Made by a program: the position numbers and the translations under genes. From Selaginella moellendorffii (lineage: Eukaryota; Plantae; Lycopodiophyta), in contig NW_003314282.1 in the NCBI RefSeq assembly GCF_000143415.4, positions 469,700-533,699 on the forward strand: 64,000 bases of DNA, written 5' to 3'. Below, one piece after another: positions 13,712 through 25,599 of this stretch. The notes under the pieces were generated by a model. That model did not search any database. It saw only the letters and a program-made list of their open reading frames with translations, and was not told the origin of the DNA. Numbering within the stretch: position 1 is the stretch's first letter; each line of letters begins with the position of its first letter.

Positions 13712-15360
13712 TTATGCATCAAGTCTGATAATATGCACTTTTAGCCTATCACTATTATGGAAGTTATTCATTTTGAAACATACTTTGAATATAAACAATT
13801 TTGCATCATGAAAAGCTATTGCCCATACATGGCCAGAGTTGTCTTTGATTCATAGATGTAGTGCATATTTGAATTCAACATTTTTGGACTCATAGTCACA
13901 ATAGTTGCAAATCCAAAACTTATATATGTGAGAATATTTCCTACCACTTGTTCACCATATTCAAATATGCAAGGTATTGAAAATTATTAGCACGTATGTC
14001 TTTAATTGTTGTTGTAGCCTTGAAATTATCAGAGTTGTCACTTAAGATTGCACTAGACACTAAATCAACCACAGTTTTTGTTTCAATCACAAAAATACTT
14101 GTGCTAGCGCTTGAAAGATTAATAAAGTTCATGCTATCTAAATGACTTTATACCCATATATGCAAATGTCGAACAACTTCCAAATCTAGATCAACCATAA
14201 TAGTTGAAATCCCTCTAGTTGACAATAGGCTTTCCATTGAAATCAATTAGTCATCCACCCTTAATACATACTATCAAAAAGTTTTTATATAGTATCTAGA
14301 AATTTTTTTGCATTAGATTCCTATAGACAGATGTCCAAACAAAAACAAAATTCGTCTCCAAGAGACAATATCATTCTTTTGTTGAGAACTTCTCTATCAT
14401 GCAAATTACAATAACAACACTTATATGAAGAATAACACCTACCAAGTCGACAAATGAGTTGCGGGAAATTCTAAATACATCTTGAGCTTTAGAATATTTG
14501 TATTTTCTTCAATTGTAATAGAAGTTCTGCTCTATTTCTAAATTAAAAAGTGTCTAGACTTTACTTGAAGGACCAATTCCACTATTGCTAGTGATTTTAT
14601 AAATATATCCTTCTTCAATATTGTTGGAAAAGTTCCTTGCAAAGTCATTGAAGCCAATAAAATAAATTTCAAAGCCTTGAGAATTAACTATATCAAACGA
14701 GATGACATAGCTAGATTACTTTACTGTAAATAATGTAAGATTTTCTTCGTGAAAGACATATTTAATAAAAGACCACATATATAATCAATCACAAATATTC
14801 TTAATATAATAGTCTCCTATTATAACTGTATGTTTCAAACTCTCACATCTACATTCCAAAACCTAAATTACATCATGTATGAAACCAAGAAATAAATGTT
14901 TACCTTTTGAATGTTTTAATTCTCACTTTTTCCCTTGTAAGGACAAGTAAAACGACCTAATATCAAAAGAAAGAGATTGAAAAAGATAATAAAATGCTAT
15001 AAAAGTACAATTACAACATCATTTTTCTTGATTCTCATTGGAGTTTCCTTCCAAGTGTGATCTTCTAAAATGTCTATATTTGTAATGATCAGAGATAAAA
15101 AAGTTAATTGAAATATTTTCAAATTTATAAAATTAAATAAATAAAATTATGCCTTGCCATGCTACTTGCATCCTTTAGCTTGAAATAAAAATTCAAACAA
15201 ATCCCCCATAAATTGATAGCACATGATACCCAAAACAATGTAATTACTTCCAAAAGTTTATATTGTCAATGACAATAACTTTACCAATACACTGAACTTG
15301 GCTTTAGTGCTATTTTTGCCATATATAAGATGATCTCATCTTTTGCAGCTTCACTTATAC
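13712..15360 (-). pseudogene. RPA70/RPA1-like ssDNA-binding protein pseudogene (OB folds A, B, C with Zn-ribbon remnant)
   Basis: Hand translation across stops and frameshifts gives VISFDIVNSQGFEIYFIGFNDF..IEEGYIYKI (DBD-A, cf. VFSFDLLD..GGEIRVTCFN), NSFVDLVGVI and IKGG*LIDFNGK (DBD-B), then FKATTTIKDIRANNFQYLA, WICNYCD..EFKYALHL*IKDNSGHVWAIAF and FIFKVCFK..DRLKVHI (DBD-C). Motif order matches plant RPA70. The 5' boundary is approximate. Confidence 0.75.
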
Positions 15361-16811
15361 TAAAAACCCTAAAATAAAGGAGTTACCAAATATATAAAGA
15401 TCATAATAAATCATTTGAACTTCTTAAAACTTTGTAACACATATTTTCATATATAAGAAGTATCATGACAGTTAGATTTTATGATCCTGAAACTTTAAAA
15501 ATATTGAACATTTATATTTGGTAAGAAAAAAGAGAGGTATTTGCCTTGATTTACAATAACCTTTAACATTTGTAATATTACAAATTTTGTTATGCCTATA
15601 AATAAATAGGCTTACTTACTTCTACCTGCAAATTAACTATGTAACTGCATTTGGAGATATCACCTAATAACAGAAACAACACCAATTCTACCTCACTCAT
15701 TTTGTTATGCCCATAAATTGCTTATGTCTACTTGCAAATTAATTACGTAACTGCATTCAGCGATATCTTAGCACATATTTCACAATAGCATTCAAAAGGA
15801 TATTTCTCATTCATGAGATTCAAGTATGAAACTCTTGTATTGGAAACAATTTGCTGTTAGCATCTATCCATCACAATGAATTCTTAATGGTGAAAAAAGA
15901 TATAGAAAGAGCAACCATAAAATAATATAATAGTCTTTTTTTAAAAAAAAAATTGTGTGCCTTTCAGCTATATTCACTATTTGTTTAAAAAGCCAAGAGA
16001 GAACAGAAAAACACGAACAGAACCAATCGATCATATCATTTATGATGTTAAATTTATAGTATGGTACAGTTGATATGATCAAGAGGCTCAAACTCTATCT
16101 ATGAATGCTTACAAGTAATGATTATATAGCCAATTGCCATTTAACGTTCTTGAGCATGCATTTGTAAAGGCTCAAGACTGTCATGGCAGTATTATAAATG
16201 TGGCAAGATATGTCTGTGTAAAATAACAAACCTACCAGACTTTGGTTTTCAAGTAGTGTGGCAATTTTGTCTTATTTTTAAAAAAATTTACTTCGTCTTG
16301 CGCTCTGCAAAGCTTCTCCAGTATTTCACCCATATCAAGCAGATTCTTTATTCGATGCACAAAAGTTGCACAAAAATTTGTAGACATCAAAATGCTTGGA
16401 CTCACACTTGTTTCTCCGGTCTTCCCAAGCTGAGCTTGAGCACGATCAGGTCACCCATTAGGCGCGTGATATCCATGCTACCACTCCACGCCAGCTGACC
16501 CAGATCACTCTACATTGCATTCTCGGACGATGGCCAGGACCTTCTCATCAAGAGTGTGGTGGAGTGTGGAATAAAAGCTGTCCATGGGGATACCTTTGAG
16601 TCTCTGGGATTGTGGTAGCTCTCTATTTTGCCAGGCCTAGATTCCTTGTTTTTCAGGTTGAGATTGCCAGAATTTAGAGGAATATAGCTTTTGTATGGAT
16701 AGAGGATGGCACAGATGGCGGGCTGATGTGGCGTTCAATGCGGAAGTGGCGGCTACAGTCTGCCACGCGGATATGCCACGTATAATTTGAAGTTTAGGGT
16801 TCTTGAGAGGT

Positions 16812-18452
16812 ATGGCGATTAATAGCGATGGCGGCGCGCTCTATAATTACGTCAACAGCTACTCTCCTCTCTCGCAGTCAATCCGGAGCAGCCGGTGCTC
16901 TTCAGGGTGATCGACGACAAGATCCAGCCGGGCTTTCCCGTGCGTGACAAGTTGGATTTCGAGTGGAGCGCGGGCGTGGCCACTGATGAATCGCACTATG
17001 TCATGGTGGCGTTCCCGTCGCTCTACTCCAACGACATGATCCAGGTCTACTTTTCTCACATCACCGCACTGCCTCCAAGCGCCGCCGCCTTTTCACAGTG
17101 AGGCCACCTGAGATGAGCTGGGGGAGCTGCGAATTCGATCATCCCGCGAGCTTGGAGACGCTGGATTGGTCCATGGATGCCGAGCTCAAGCAGGAGCTGG
17201 TCAAGGATTTGGAGGCGTTTGTGGGAGCTCAGGACTACTACAAGAGGATTGGGAAGGCGTGGAAGAGGAGCTACCTCGTCCATGGCCGCCAGGCGAGTGG
17301 GAAAGAGCAGCTGGTCCATAGCCAACAAGCTCGGCTACGATGTTTACGATCTCGACACTGGCTCGGTGGCGAACAAAGCACAACTCAAGGAGATCTTGGT
17401 GAAAACCAGGAGGGTGTGCATGGGATCGATAGCCAGTCGGCCATGAAGGTGAAGATGGCGGAACGTGAGCGATGGGCTGTGGGCTCCGGACGAGAGGATC
17501 TTCGTGTTCGTGTCGGACGGAGCCAAGCAGGACACTGTCTTCCCGGCTGCCGGGGCTGGATCGGTGGCCATGGACACCAGCGACTTCCAGATGCTCAAGT
17601 CGACAGTGAAGCTCCACTTGAGCGTGGAGGATCACAGGCTACTGGGCGAGATCAAGGCGCTGATGATGATCGGAAGGAGGAGGTCGACGTTGGTGAGCTC
17701 CTGGTGCGACGAACAGCGGCTCCAATCCGGACGTGGTGCTTGAAAAGGTGGCGGAGCATCTCAAGAGCAAGAAAACGAAAACGTCGCCGGCCTCTCCATC
17801 CCCCTTTGCAACACCACCGCCACAACCATTTGCACCACCCACAATCACCCTTCTGACCAGCAGCACTTTCGAGCACACATTTGGCCCGTGTTTTGGTGGA
17901 GCTCAAGCGTGGTCCAGGGCCTTCTTCACACCATCGTGTACTTTCGAGCAGGTATCGAGTCAAGCTCCAGCAAAGAACACGTCCTCCGGAGGCTGGTTTG
18001 GCGGAGGAACTCCAGCGAGCACATTTGGGATGGCGGCGGTGATTTTTGGCGGAGGAGGAGCTCCAGCAAGCACGCCCAGTGCTGCATTTGGGGCGGCAGC
18101 GTCGGCGGCGGAGGTGTCCCCGGAGGAGGCGCGAGCGAAGTTTTAACGCTGCTACAACTTGGACAAGCATTACAGCGTGACCATGGACAACTTGGACGTA
18201 AAGTCCAGCGAGCACATTTGGGAATGGCGGCGGCGATTTTTGGCGGAGGAGGAGCTCCAGCAAGCACGCCCAGTGCTGCATTTGGGGCGGCAGCGTCGGC
18301 AGCGGAGGTGTCCCCAGAGGAGGCGCGAGCGAAGTTTTAACACTGCTACAACTTGGACAAGCATTACGGCGTGACCATGGACAACTTGGACGTAAACTCC
18401 CCATTCTGCAAATCAAAACCCAGTGCAGAAAAGAAAACTCCCCCAGTTTTAG
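16812..18452 (+). pseudogene. Frameshifted copy of the BCS1-like AAA gene at 43358-45052
   Basis: High nucleotide similarity to the intact gene, split over several frames by many small deletions, with an internal ~193 bp tandem duplication. Confidence 0.9.
18011..18397 (+). repeat. Tandem duplication, 2 x ~193 bp, of the AAA tail segment
   Basis: tccagcgagcacatttggga starts at both 18011 and 18204; junction microhomology aa(c/g)tcc. Confidence 0.9.
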
Positions 18453-18862
18453 ATTGATATCATGCTCTAGTAGAAGCTTTTTGATCTAGTTGTGTCTGAC
18501 CAAGCCGCACTTATCATGGCCCGTGCCAAGTAAAGCCGGCAGACAGCACCTCCTCACTCTATGTGTGTGAAAATCACAGCCCAAAAGGTTCCCGCCACAC
18601 CGCAAGAAATCTCCTTTTCTAATAGCCGTCGGATGAGCTACAGAAAGAGGACAATCTAGGTTACCCAGGGATTGTTGAGAAATGGTGAGTATGATCTTGC
18701 TGATATCTATGAGAGTTGGACCTCAGTGGGCACTGGATTATACGGCGCCAGTTCTTGATGAATCTTGTCAGTTCCCCGAAGGAAGTGGAGCTTCTGCTTT
18801 GGTTCCCGTCTTCGTAGCACGTAAGTGTTTCACTGCTTTCTCTCTCTGAGACTGACAAGTGC

Positions 18863-19341
18863 GTCCATGCAGTATTTTTCGTTGCGCTTTTGGGTCGAAA
18901 GAAAAGTAATGCATCTGGTTTTCTTGTTGGAGGCACCAGCAGTTTTCTCAGTGGTGTGTGTTCCAATCATGCTGTGGATTTTTCACTCCGGTATTACAAC
19001 CAGCTCCTGACAGATGGTATGACGGGCCCTTGTTCAAGTTCATAGTGGTGTACATGACAAGGGGTTTGAGTTACATGGCTGCCAGTGTTTTGGGCACCGT
19101 TGCTCCACCGCTGGGATGGCATAGACAAGCCCTTCTACTTGTGGGATCGATCGCTGCAATTGTCCACGGGATGTTGATTCATTTCTACATGTTGCAGTCG
19201 CCACTCGAAATGCTATATGGTAGTTGTAATAGGTTGGGAGAAATGGATATGGACAAGCGGCTTGCTGAGTCTCAGAAAAGAATTGTGAATTCTGAGAATT
19301 CGCTCCACTGGTGGAAGAAGCCAGGAGTTTTACCTGTATAG
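18863..19341 (+). pseudogene. Paralog of the membrane protein at 1-558, frameshifted and chimeric at its 3' end
   Basis: Shares WYDG..LFKFIVVYMT..LGTVAPPLGWHRQALLLVGSIAAIVHGMLIHFYMLQSPLEMLYG and has a deletion relative to the first copy. Confidence 0.7.
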
Positions 19342-19600
19342 CAGGTTGCGTTAGCGCGGCGATGAAGCCCCACGGGGAAGTCGACGTCAAAACACGAACA
19401 CGAACATGAACATGGCATTCAATTTTTTGAACACAAACACGGAACACGGAAATGAACACGGATAAACACGGGTGAAAACATGAATATTCTCTAGAATATT
19501 CTACTTATCACTCCATCTCATCTTCATTAGCAGGATTGTCTTCGTCCTCTTCTTCCATAGCTTCAATATCAGCATCAGTAATTTGAGGAATACTTCCTGT

Positions 19601-21563
19601 CTAGCTCAATCCCACAAACTTGTCATAGGAAGTGTGGCTCCCTATCAACTTGGTATTACTGGCCACAAATACCAAGTCTGCAATCCAGCTCACTGCTAAG
19701 CAATTTCTTTTCTTTGAAGTGATGTGCCCAAAAATGCTGAATAATTGCTCCACAGATGAGGAAGAACTTGCCTGACTAAGCACTCGAATTGCCAACCTCT
19801 ACAAATCTGGACCTGAGTAGCCATTGTCCTCCCACCACTACACAGAACCCTTTGTTGTACAATCCATCTGAGAGTCCCCGGTGCCAAAACTACCCTCCAA
19901 GTTCCTGTATTGGCAAAGCTGATTTTTTATAGTTGACCTTTGCTGATAGTCAGGGAACTGAATCTCCAAGTACATGTTCCAATCTTTGGAAACTTCCCTG
20001 GATTTTTCCTGTCCTCGCCCTTGAAACTCTGGATCAAGCATGTATGCCACGGAGTGAAAGGTGCTATGATAAGCCCACCACCTGTTTGAAATCAGTTGGT
20101 TTAGCTCCTCATACCTAAGATTGTTCTCCTCTTGTTGACGGATGTTCTCGCTCATCTGATCCATCCCCTCATAGACCATCCCAATCACAGGCACGTCTCC
20201 GTCAACCATCCGTAGCAAATACATCACCCTCCTTGAAACACCCAGCATGTGGTTAACCTCATTCCAGTATGTATCGTTGAACACAATTCCTCGGCATGCT
20301 ATCCCAGAATCTGTCCTTGACTCTAACCTTGCATTGTAAGCGTCACTCACAAACATTTGTTGTAGCTTTGGCCTCAACTCCACCAATCTCTCCATCATAA
20401 GAAAGTTGAAGGCGAATCATGTTTCGCTGAACTTCAACACTTGTCGTGAAGAGAAGGATGCCAAAATCGCTACTAGATGCGAATGGTTCCGGAGGAAGCC
20501 AACCAGAGTCTTTCCCTTGTCTAGCAGCCCAACCATTCATGGTAGTTTTGCGAAATCCTTGAGAATGTTGTTCAAACAATGAACTAAGCATGGAGCCCAC
20601 ATAATCCTTGGCTTCCTCGCCTCTAGAAGCCTAGCAGCAGCCTTGTTTGAAGCCTCACCATCCATGACAATAAGAACAACATTCTCCTCTCCAACAATCT
20701 CGATACCTCGCTCCCATGTCGCAAAAACGTTATTAGCCATCTTCCCACTAGAAGATATATCAATGGCCTCGAGAAAAGTCGACTGTCCTCTGCTGTATGC
20801 AACAAGCCCCATGATATGTCGATTTATGTCGATTTCTTGTGTCATTCCATGCATCAGCAACAAGAGTAACCCCACAATTCTTCCAACGTGCCTTCACCTT
20901 GGCAAGTTGAACTTCAAGATTGGCTTTCTCCACTTGCAACAATTGCTCTCGCAATGCTGTCTCTGTTGGAAGATCATAGGGAATTCCATGCCTTGCAATC
21001 TGCTGCACCATCTCTTTGAAATGGTGAGAATGAGCTTTCACAAATGGTATGTGCTCGTTCTAGAAAAATTGTCCTATAGCCATATCCACTACTTCCTTCC
21101 TTTTTGGATCAAAAGAATCCCGAATTCCCTGCTGTCGTTGTGAAAAAAACCTAGAAATTCCTTCTATAGAATTGCCACCTGGTGTAGAACTCTGGGAAGC
21201 AACAAAACTCTCTCCTTCAGTGCTTTGGATGCCTTTGACACGTGTAGAAATTGCTCGTTTCTTGCTTTGGTGTTTTCCAGCCAAAACCTGGTCGTCGATG
21301 GTTTTAGCCATCTCCCTAAGCTGTTGTCTCTTCTCTGCTGAGATGACATCACAACTTAAGATTTCATGACCAGCTTCCCCTGTGAGATGTCCCCTCACAC
21401 GATCCACACCTGAAACTTTGTCTCTCAACGAACACCACTTGCAAGACCAGCGTCGATGCCCACTACGGCAGTTTGTTTGATCACCAAGGATCACTTCTTC
21501 CCACAAAACGGATGATGGATGTCACCCTGTTGAAGTCCTTCTACTCTAGCTCCCAGATGCCAT
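19601..21563 (-). pseudogene. hAT transposase (BED Zn finger, DUF659, C-terminal dimerisation domain) with stops and frameshifts
   Basis: WSCKWC..RVRGHL..HEILSC (BED); GVTLVADAWND, GEENVVLIVMD and WAPCLVHCLN (DUF659); RVLSQASSSSSVEQLFSIFGHITSKKRN (dimerisation domain). Confidence 0.9.
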
Positions 21564-21569
21564 CACTCA

Positions 21570-21720
21570 GCTTAACCTCTAAAATCCTGCACCTGCTTCT
21601 ACTCCAATCCACAATCACTCAGTCCAACCTTTAAAATCCCACACCCTGCTGCTGCTCCAATCCACAATTGCTCAGCCTCTAAAATCCCTTAAAGGTGCTC
21701 CTGTTCCAATCCACAATCGG
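21570..21720. repeat. Three ~55 bp tandem units in the hAT 5' region
   Basis: Repeating (c/t)tccaatccacaat...taaaatcc. Confidence 0.7.
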
Positions 21721-22247
21721 TCACGCCCTGCGCCTAAAAAATTTTTGAAAAACTCAAAATTTTAGAATCACACCGTCAATAACACAATCGCAATGCCAAG
21801 CAACTAAGAATCACAGCAATCTACAAAGATGCATGCCAAGCAGCTAAGAATTATGGTAGAAGCAATCCAAGGAGAAAATTTGGGAGAGAAAATCTACAAA
21901 CTTGGAGACAATGATTAGGAATTTTTTGCAGCGAAATTAGGCGTGGCTGAGCGCCATTCCTCCCACTCCAGCGCTAGAATCCTAGAGAGGGCATTCCCAA
22001 CCCAAGAAAATTGCCATAGATCGCTGGAAAAACCTTTTGATTGATCGTAGGAATTTTTGATTGATCGCAAGACAAGAAAACATCAAAGCGCAAAACGCTC
22101 ATGTGAACCACGTGAGCTATTGTTTTAGAACACGGCGTGGTCACACGGTATTTGAACCGTGTTTGGAGCCGTGTTTTGGAGCATTGACCGAGTCAATGAA
22201 CACGGCCCTTGTTAACACGGCTGGGGGCGTGTTCGTGTCACCACGTG

Positions 22248-23035
22248 TAGCTCTTTCCTCTTTCTTTTGTTTTCCACCGAGAAACCACAATTCTCGAGAG
22301 GAGAGTTTAGCACAGAGTTACAAGCTGTAAGCATGATTCATTTTTCGTTTTTTTTCCGATGTTCATAGTTTTGATTACAGTCCCAAGAGAACTGAATTCT
22401 AACAGCCCTGACTATTGGACCACGGCAAGCCATGAGCGCTAGCTTGTGGCACTGTGTCCTTCGGATTGTGGCAAGCCAAGGAGCTGTTGGATCACCTGGA
22501 GAGTGTCCTCACCAGATGAGCGATGATTCCCAGTTGGTAAGAAGCAGTAGTTCTGTTGAGTCAATAACTAACTGTTTATGATTCGGCATGGCTGCCCTTG
22601 CTCCACCGGTTGGATGGCAAGTTCTAGGTGGTTGCAATGGTTTAAGAGGAATTATAGGACAAGAGATGGCCATTGAAGCTTTGAGGGAGTTTGCGGAGGC
22701 CACAGGGAAGACTAGCAGAAAATTTGAAGAGCCTCAGGAAAATTGAGGACAGTTCGCTCAAACCCCTCTGTGCCGGGCTGCATTGCTCGCGGTAGCATCC
22801 ACGATGTCCACGTCACTGTTGATATCCACCTCCATGTTGCCGACAACATCCTCTAGCATGCGATCGAAGCTTGCAATGCTAGACTTCTCATGAAAAGATC
22901 TTAGAAAGTCAGAAGCTTCTTTAGCTTAGAGATTTCCCTGAAGGAAGAATCGGCTATGAACTTACAGCTCTTAGATGTTGGCGCCGTGCCTGAAATGCAG
23001 GAAGATCTCTACTCTAAAGAAGAGGTTGAGGAATA
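22248..23035 (+). repeat. Direct duplicate of ~27950-28695, containing collapsed membrane-family gene remnants
   Basis: Long near-identical stretches such as gcaagccaaggagctgttggatcacctggagagtgtcctcaccagatgagcgatg and ctctactctaaagaagagg. A third short copy lies at ~24185-24285. Confidence 0.9.
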
Positions 23036-23244
23036 TGGCCTCCGACTCTGAAAGTAGCACACGAAAGCCTCGCTAAATTGCTTTCCGCAGGGGCCTTCAC
23101 GGAGATCAGCGATGCAGGGACATTCCAGAGCTTTGCGGGCACGGGCGAAGAGAAGGTACGTAGCTCTAGTCTCATATCCAAAGTTGTGCATGGCAGAAGC
23201 AAGCGAGTGAAAAGAAACGGATCCCATTGTTTTCGTGCCTGTCA

Positions 23245-24055
23245 ATTTTATGTCCAGGGGTGAGACTGCATTGAGCCTTTTCTAGCCATGCAGCATGGAA
23301 GCAAACCCAAAGTTGTTTGCAAAGCATGATCCAGATGATGGAAGTGAATTCAAGGTAGGCGAAAGACCACCATCTAGAAGAAGAAGACCTAAAACTCCTG
23401 CAGGCAAGCAAGTATGATCTCATGTAGATCATACAATCTATCTCGTTAAGTTCTCCTTCCATTTGCTTGCTATCGTAGCCAAAATCCAGAAAGTAAGGCA
23501 CCTGTTTGAATTGCCTTTCCGGTGCACTTGAGCAATCGTGGTTGTGATGCTACTCCCATTACGTATCCGCTTTGTCCAGCCTTGACCATGCACGCTTCGT
23601 CTGCTTTTGTCTCCCGAGGATCGTCCGCTTTCCCGAAGGCTCATTCTCATGGGGCTATTGTATTTCTAAACACAGGCATTAAAAAAAATAAACAACATGA
23701 CGTGAGGACCACGTGGCGATGGCTTTGACGGGCTGACGGGCAACGGTAAGGACACTCAATACGCGAATGGCTGCCTGGCGGGATGTTTAGGCCGGCGCTG
23801 GAGGAGATTCGCGCAGCGGCCCCGGCTACTCCGAGTTGGCGATCGGGGTTGCTGCTCCAGCCTCGTCTGCCACTGTGCCGCGCGATGGATCGGCAATGGT
23901 GGAAGAGCCGATCCATCGCGGCCCTAGCCAGGCGACCATCACCAATCGCATCTGCATTGAGCTACTTTGGAGCTTGGGCATCAGCAGTCGCCGGCATCGT
24001 CATTGTCGACCAGAGGCCAGTGGAGTGGCGATGAAGCCTTTCCTGGTAGTGATGA
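23245..24055 (+). repeat. Inverted duplicate of 29309-30078 (gene fragments)
   Basis: Reverse-complement identity; the same spurious ORFs appear on opposite strands (23438..23650 - vs 29696..29911 +). Confidence 0.9.
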
Positions 24056-25599
24056 CGGTTGTTTCGGCTGGTTTGTTTCAGTTTTTGGTGGCTACTCAAC
24101 AATAAATTACAGGAAAAAAAAGCCAAGGCCAAATCTCATACTATCGAGTTCAAGAAGAGTGCTCCGTGTGTGGCACTGGGCAGCAAGCCATGAGTGCTCG
24201 CGTGTGGGATTGTGGCAAGCCAAGGAGCTATTGTGTCCTCACCAGATGAGCAATGATTTCCAGTTGGTAGTTCTGTTGAGTCCTGTTTAAAATTTGGCAG
24301 CCGCGAGGCAAGAACTTTGAGGAGAATGAGTGTGTCAACTCAACCGCAGTTCCAGGATTTAAATTTAAACCAGTGTTCTCCAGCAGGAGTGGTCCAAGTC
24401 TTTCTCTGACCTTCTTACAGCTTTTGTGTGCATTGAAGAAACTAGTCTTGCCTGGGGCTCCACGAGGGTATATCGAATTAGAATCCCCTGTCCTAGAATC
24501 TCATCCTTGCCACAGTTGTCAAGCTTGACCATCTTGAGGTGGTCATGATGCAATGCTGTTAGTCTCTGTGATGATTGTGACAGTGATTTGCTGGTGATCA
24601 GGGATCAATCATCTGGGCTTTGGCTTGTGCAGCTGACAATGCCATAGAAGTGTTGGCTTTGATCAAATATTGGCTGTCGCCAAATCATAACAAGCATTAA
24701 GAATGTCTAAAAACATACACAAAAACACCATTAATCTTAGAGCTTTCTCCACCCATGACAAGATAAAATCTTTGAGCTTTTCTTGGTAAAACAAGTGAAA
24801 AAGGTAAACCATAATAAATATCACAATAGACTAGAAATTACCTAGCAAATGCTAAGTGTTTTGACAAGGGCTTCTTTTCTCTCTCTGCACTCGTTTGCCA
24901 AGGTCACGATGTAATCTACAATTAGTTGCATGGCACGCAACTCTAGGGAGTTGAGAGATCATTTCTGGTTAGTGTGAGGGAACCTTGTCAAATCCTCTTA
25001 CTATCCCATACCTGAAAGAGAAAATATGTTGAAAACTTTTGCAAGGAAATCTACTATGTACATTTATGAAGCTGAAGTTCGATTGGACACTGTAAGCATT
25101 CCAGGTCTAACGTATAGCTTTAATAATGCCTCAATACCAGCCACCTTTAACAATCCCTATCATGCGGAAAAAAAGCTTGAAAATTTCAAGGAAATAAGAG
25201 CCTTTGTTGATGGTCCCAATCTGGTGGATTAGTTTAAAATATTTATGAACATAGTGGAAAGGAATTTCTTTTAATCTACATGTTGGTGTGATGAAAACTG
25301 TCCATATAAACTCCATAAAACATGCTAAAATGAGTTATGGTGCTTCTCCTCACTTCGGTTGCTTCCACAATCCCAACCAACAATACGTGATAATTAGATC
25401 AGGGTGAAAAAGCACTCCTTGAGGAAAAAAAAATGTGGTAAGCACCTTGTAGTATTGTGGTACTAAGAATATGCTTTAAAACATACGTAGAATATCCAAG
25501 AAGATCTAGCCTATAATATTTTTTAATCTAATTATTTGTGTTACTTAATACTGGAACGAACAAGTTTACTGTGCTCCAAATTCAAAAGCTCAAGTGTTG

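Larger units (their letters stand above)
4800..16250. other. Very AT-rich, CpG-depleted island of decayed ORFs (probable relic of a large mobile element or other foreign DNA)
   Basis: Abrupt compositional shift at ~4800 with almost no CG dinucleotides. Contains stop-riddled reading frames and an RPA70-like pseudogene; partial second copies occur at 30.2-34.3 kb and 41.9-42.7 kb. Confidence 0.6.
15352..18602 (+). repeat. Direct segmental duplicate of 41865-45290
   Basis: Both copies begin cacttatactaaaaaccctaaaataaag and end gtgtgaaaatcacagcccaaaagg..cgccacaccg, and are collinear apart from indels. Confidence 0.9.
19391..22247 (-). mobile_element. hAT-superfamily DNA transposon, decayed, one end truncated
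   Basis: Encodes a transposase relic, with clustered subterminal AACACG/CGTGTT motifs at both ends. It interrupts sequence that is contiguous at ~27860-27980. Confidence 0.85.

Noticed and set aside
4800-16250. Firm Helitron or giant-virus call for the AT-rich island
   Set aside because: No RepHel, viral hallmark gene or diagnostic termini could be identified by eye; kept only as a hypothesis.
15352-18602. Allelic haplotype duplication artefact
   Set aside because: The copies differ by many substitutions, indels and independent insertions, more than expected for alleles; not fully excludable without reads.
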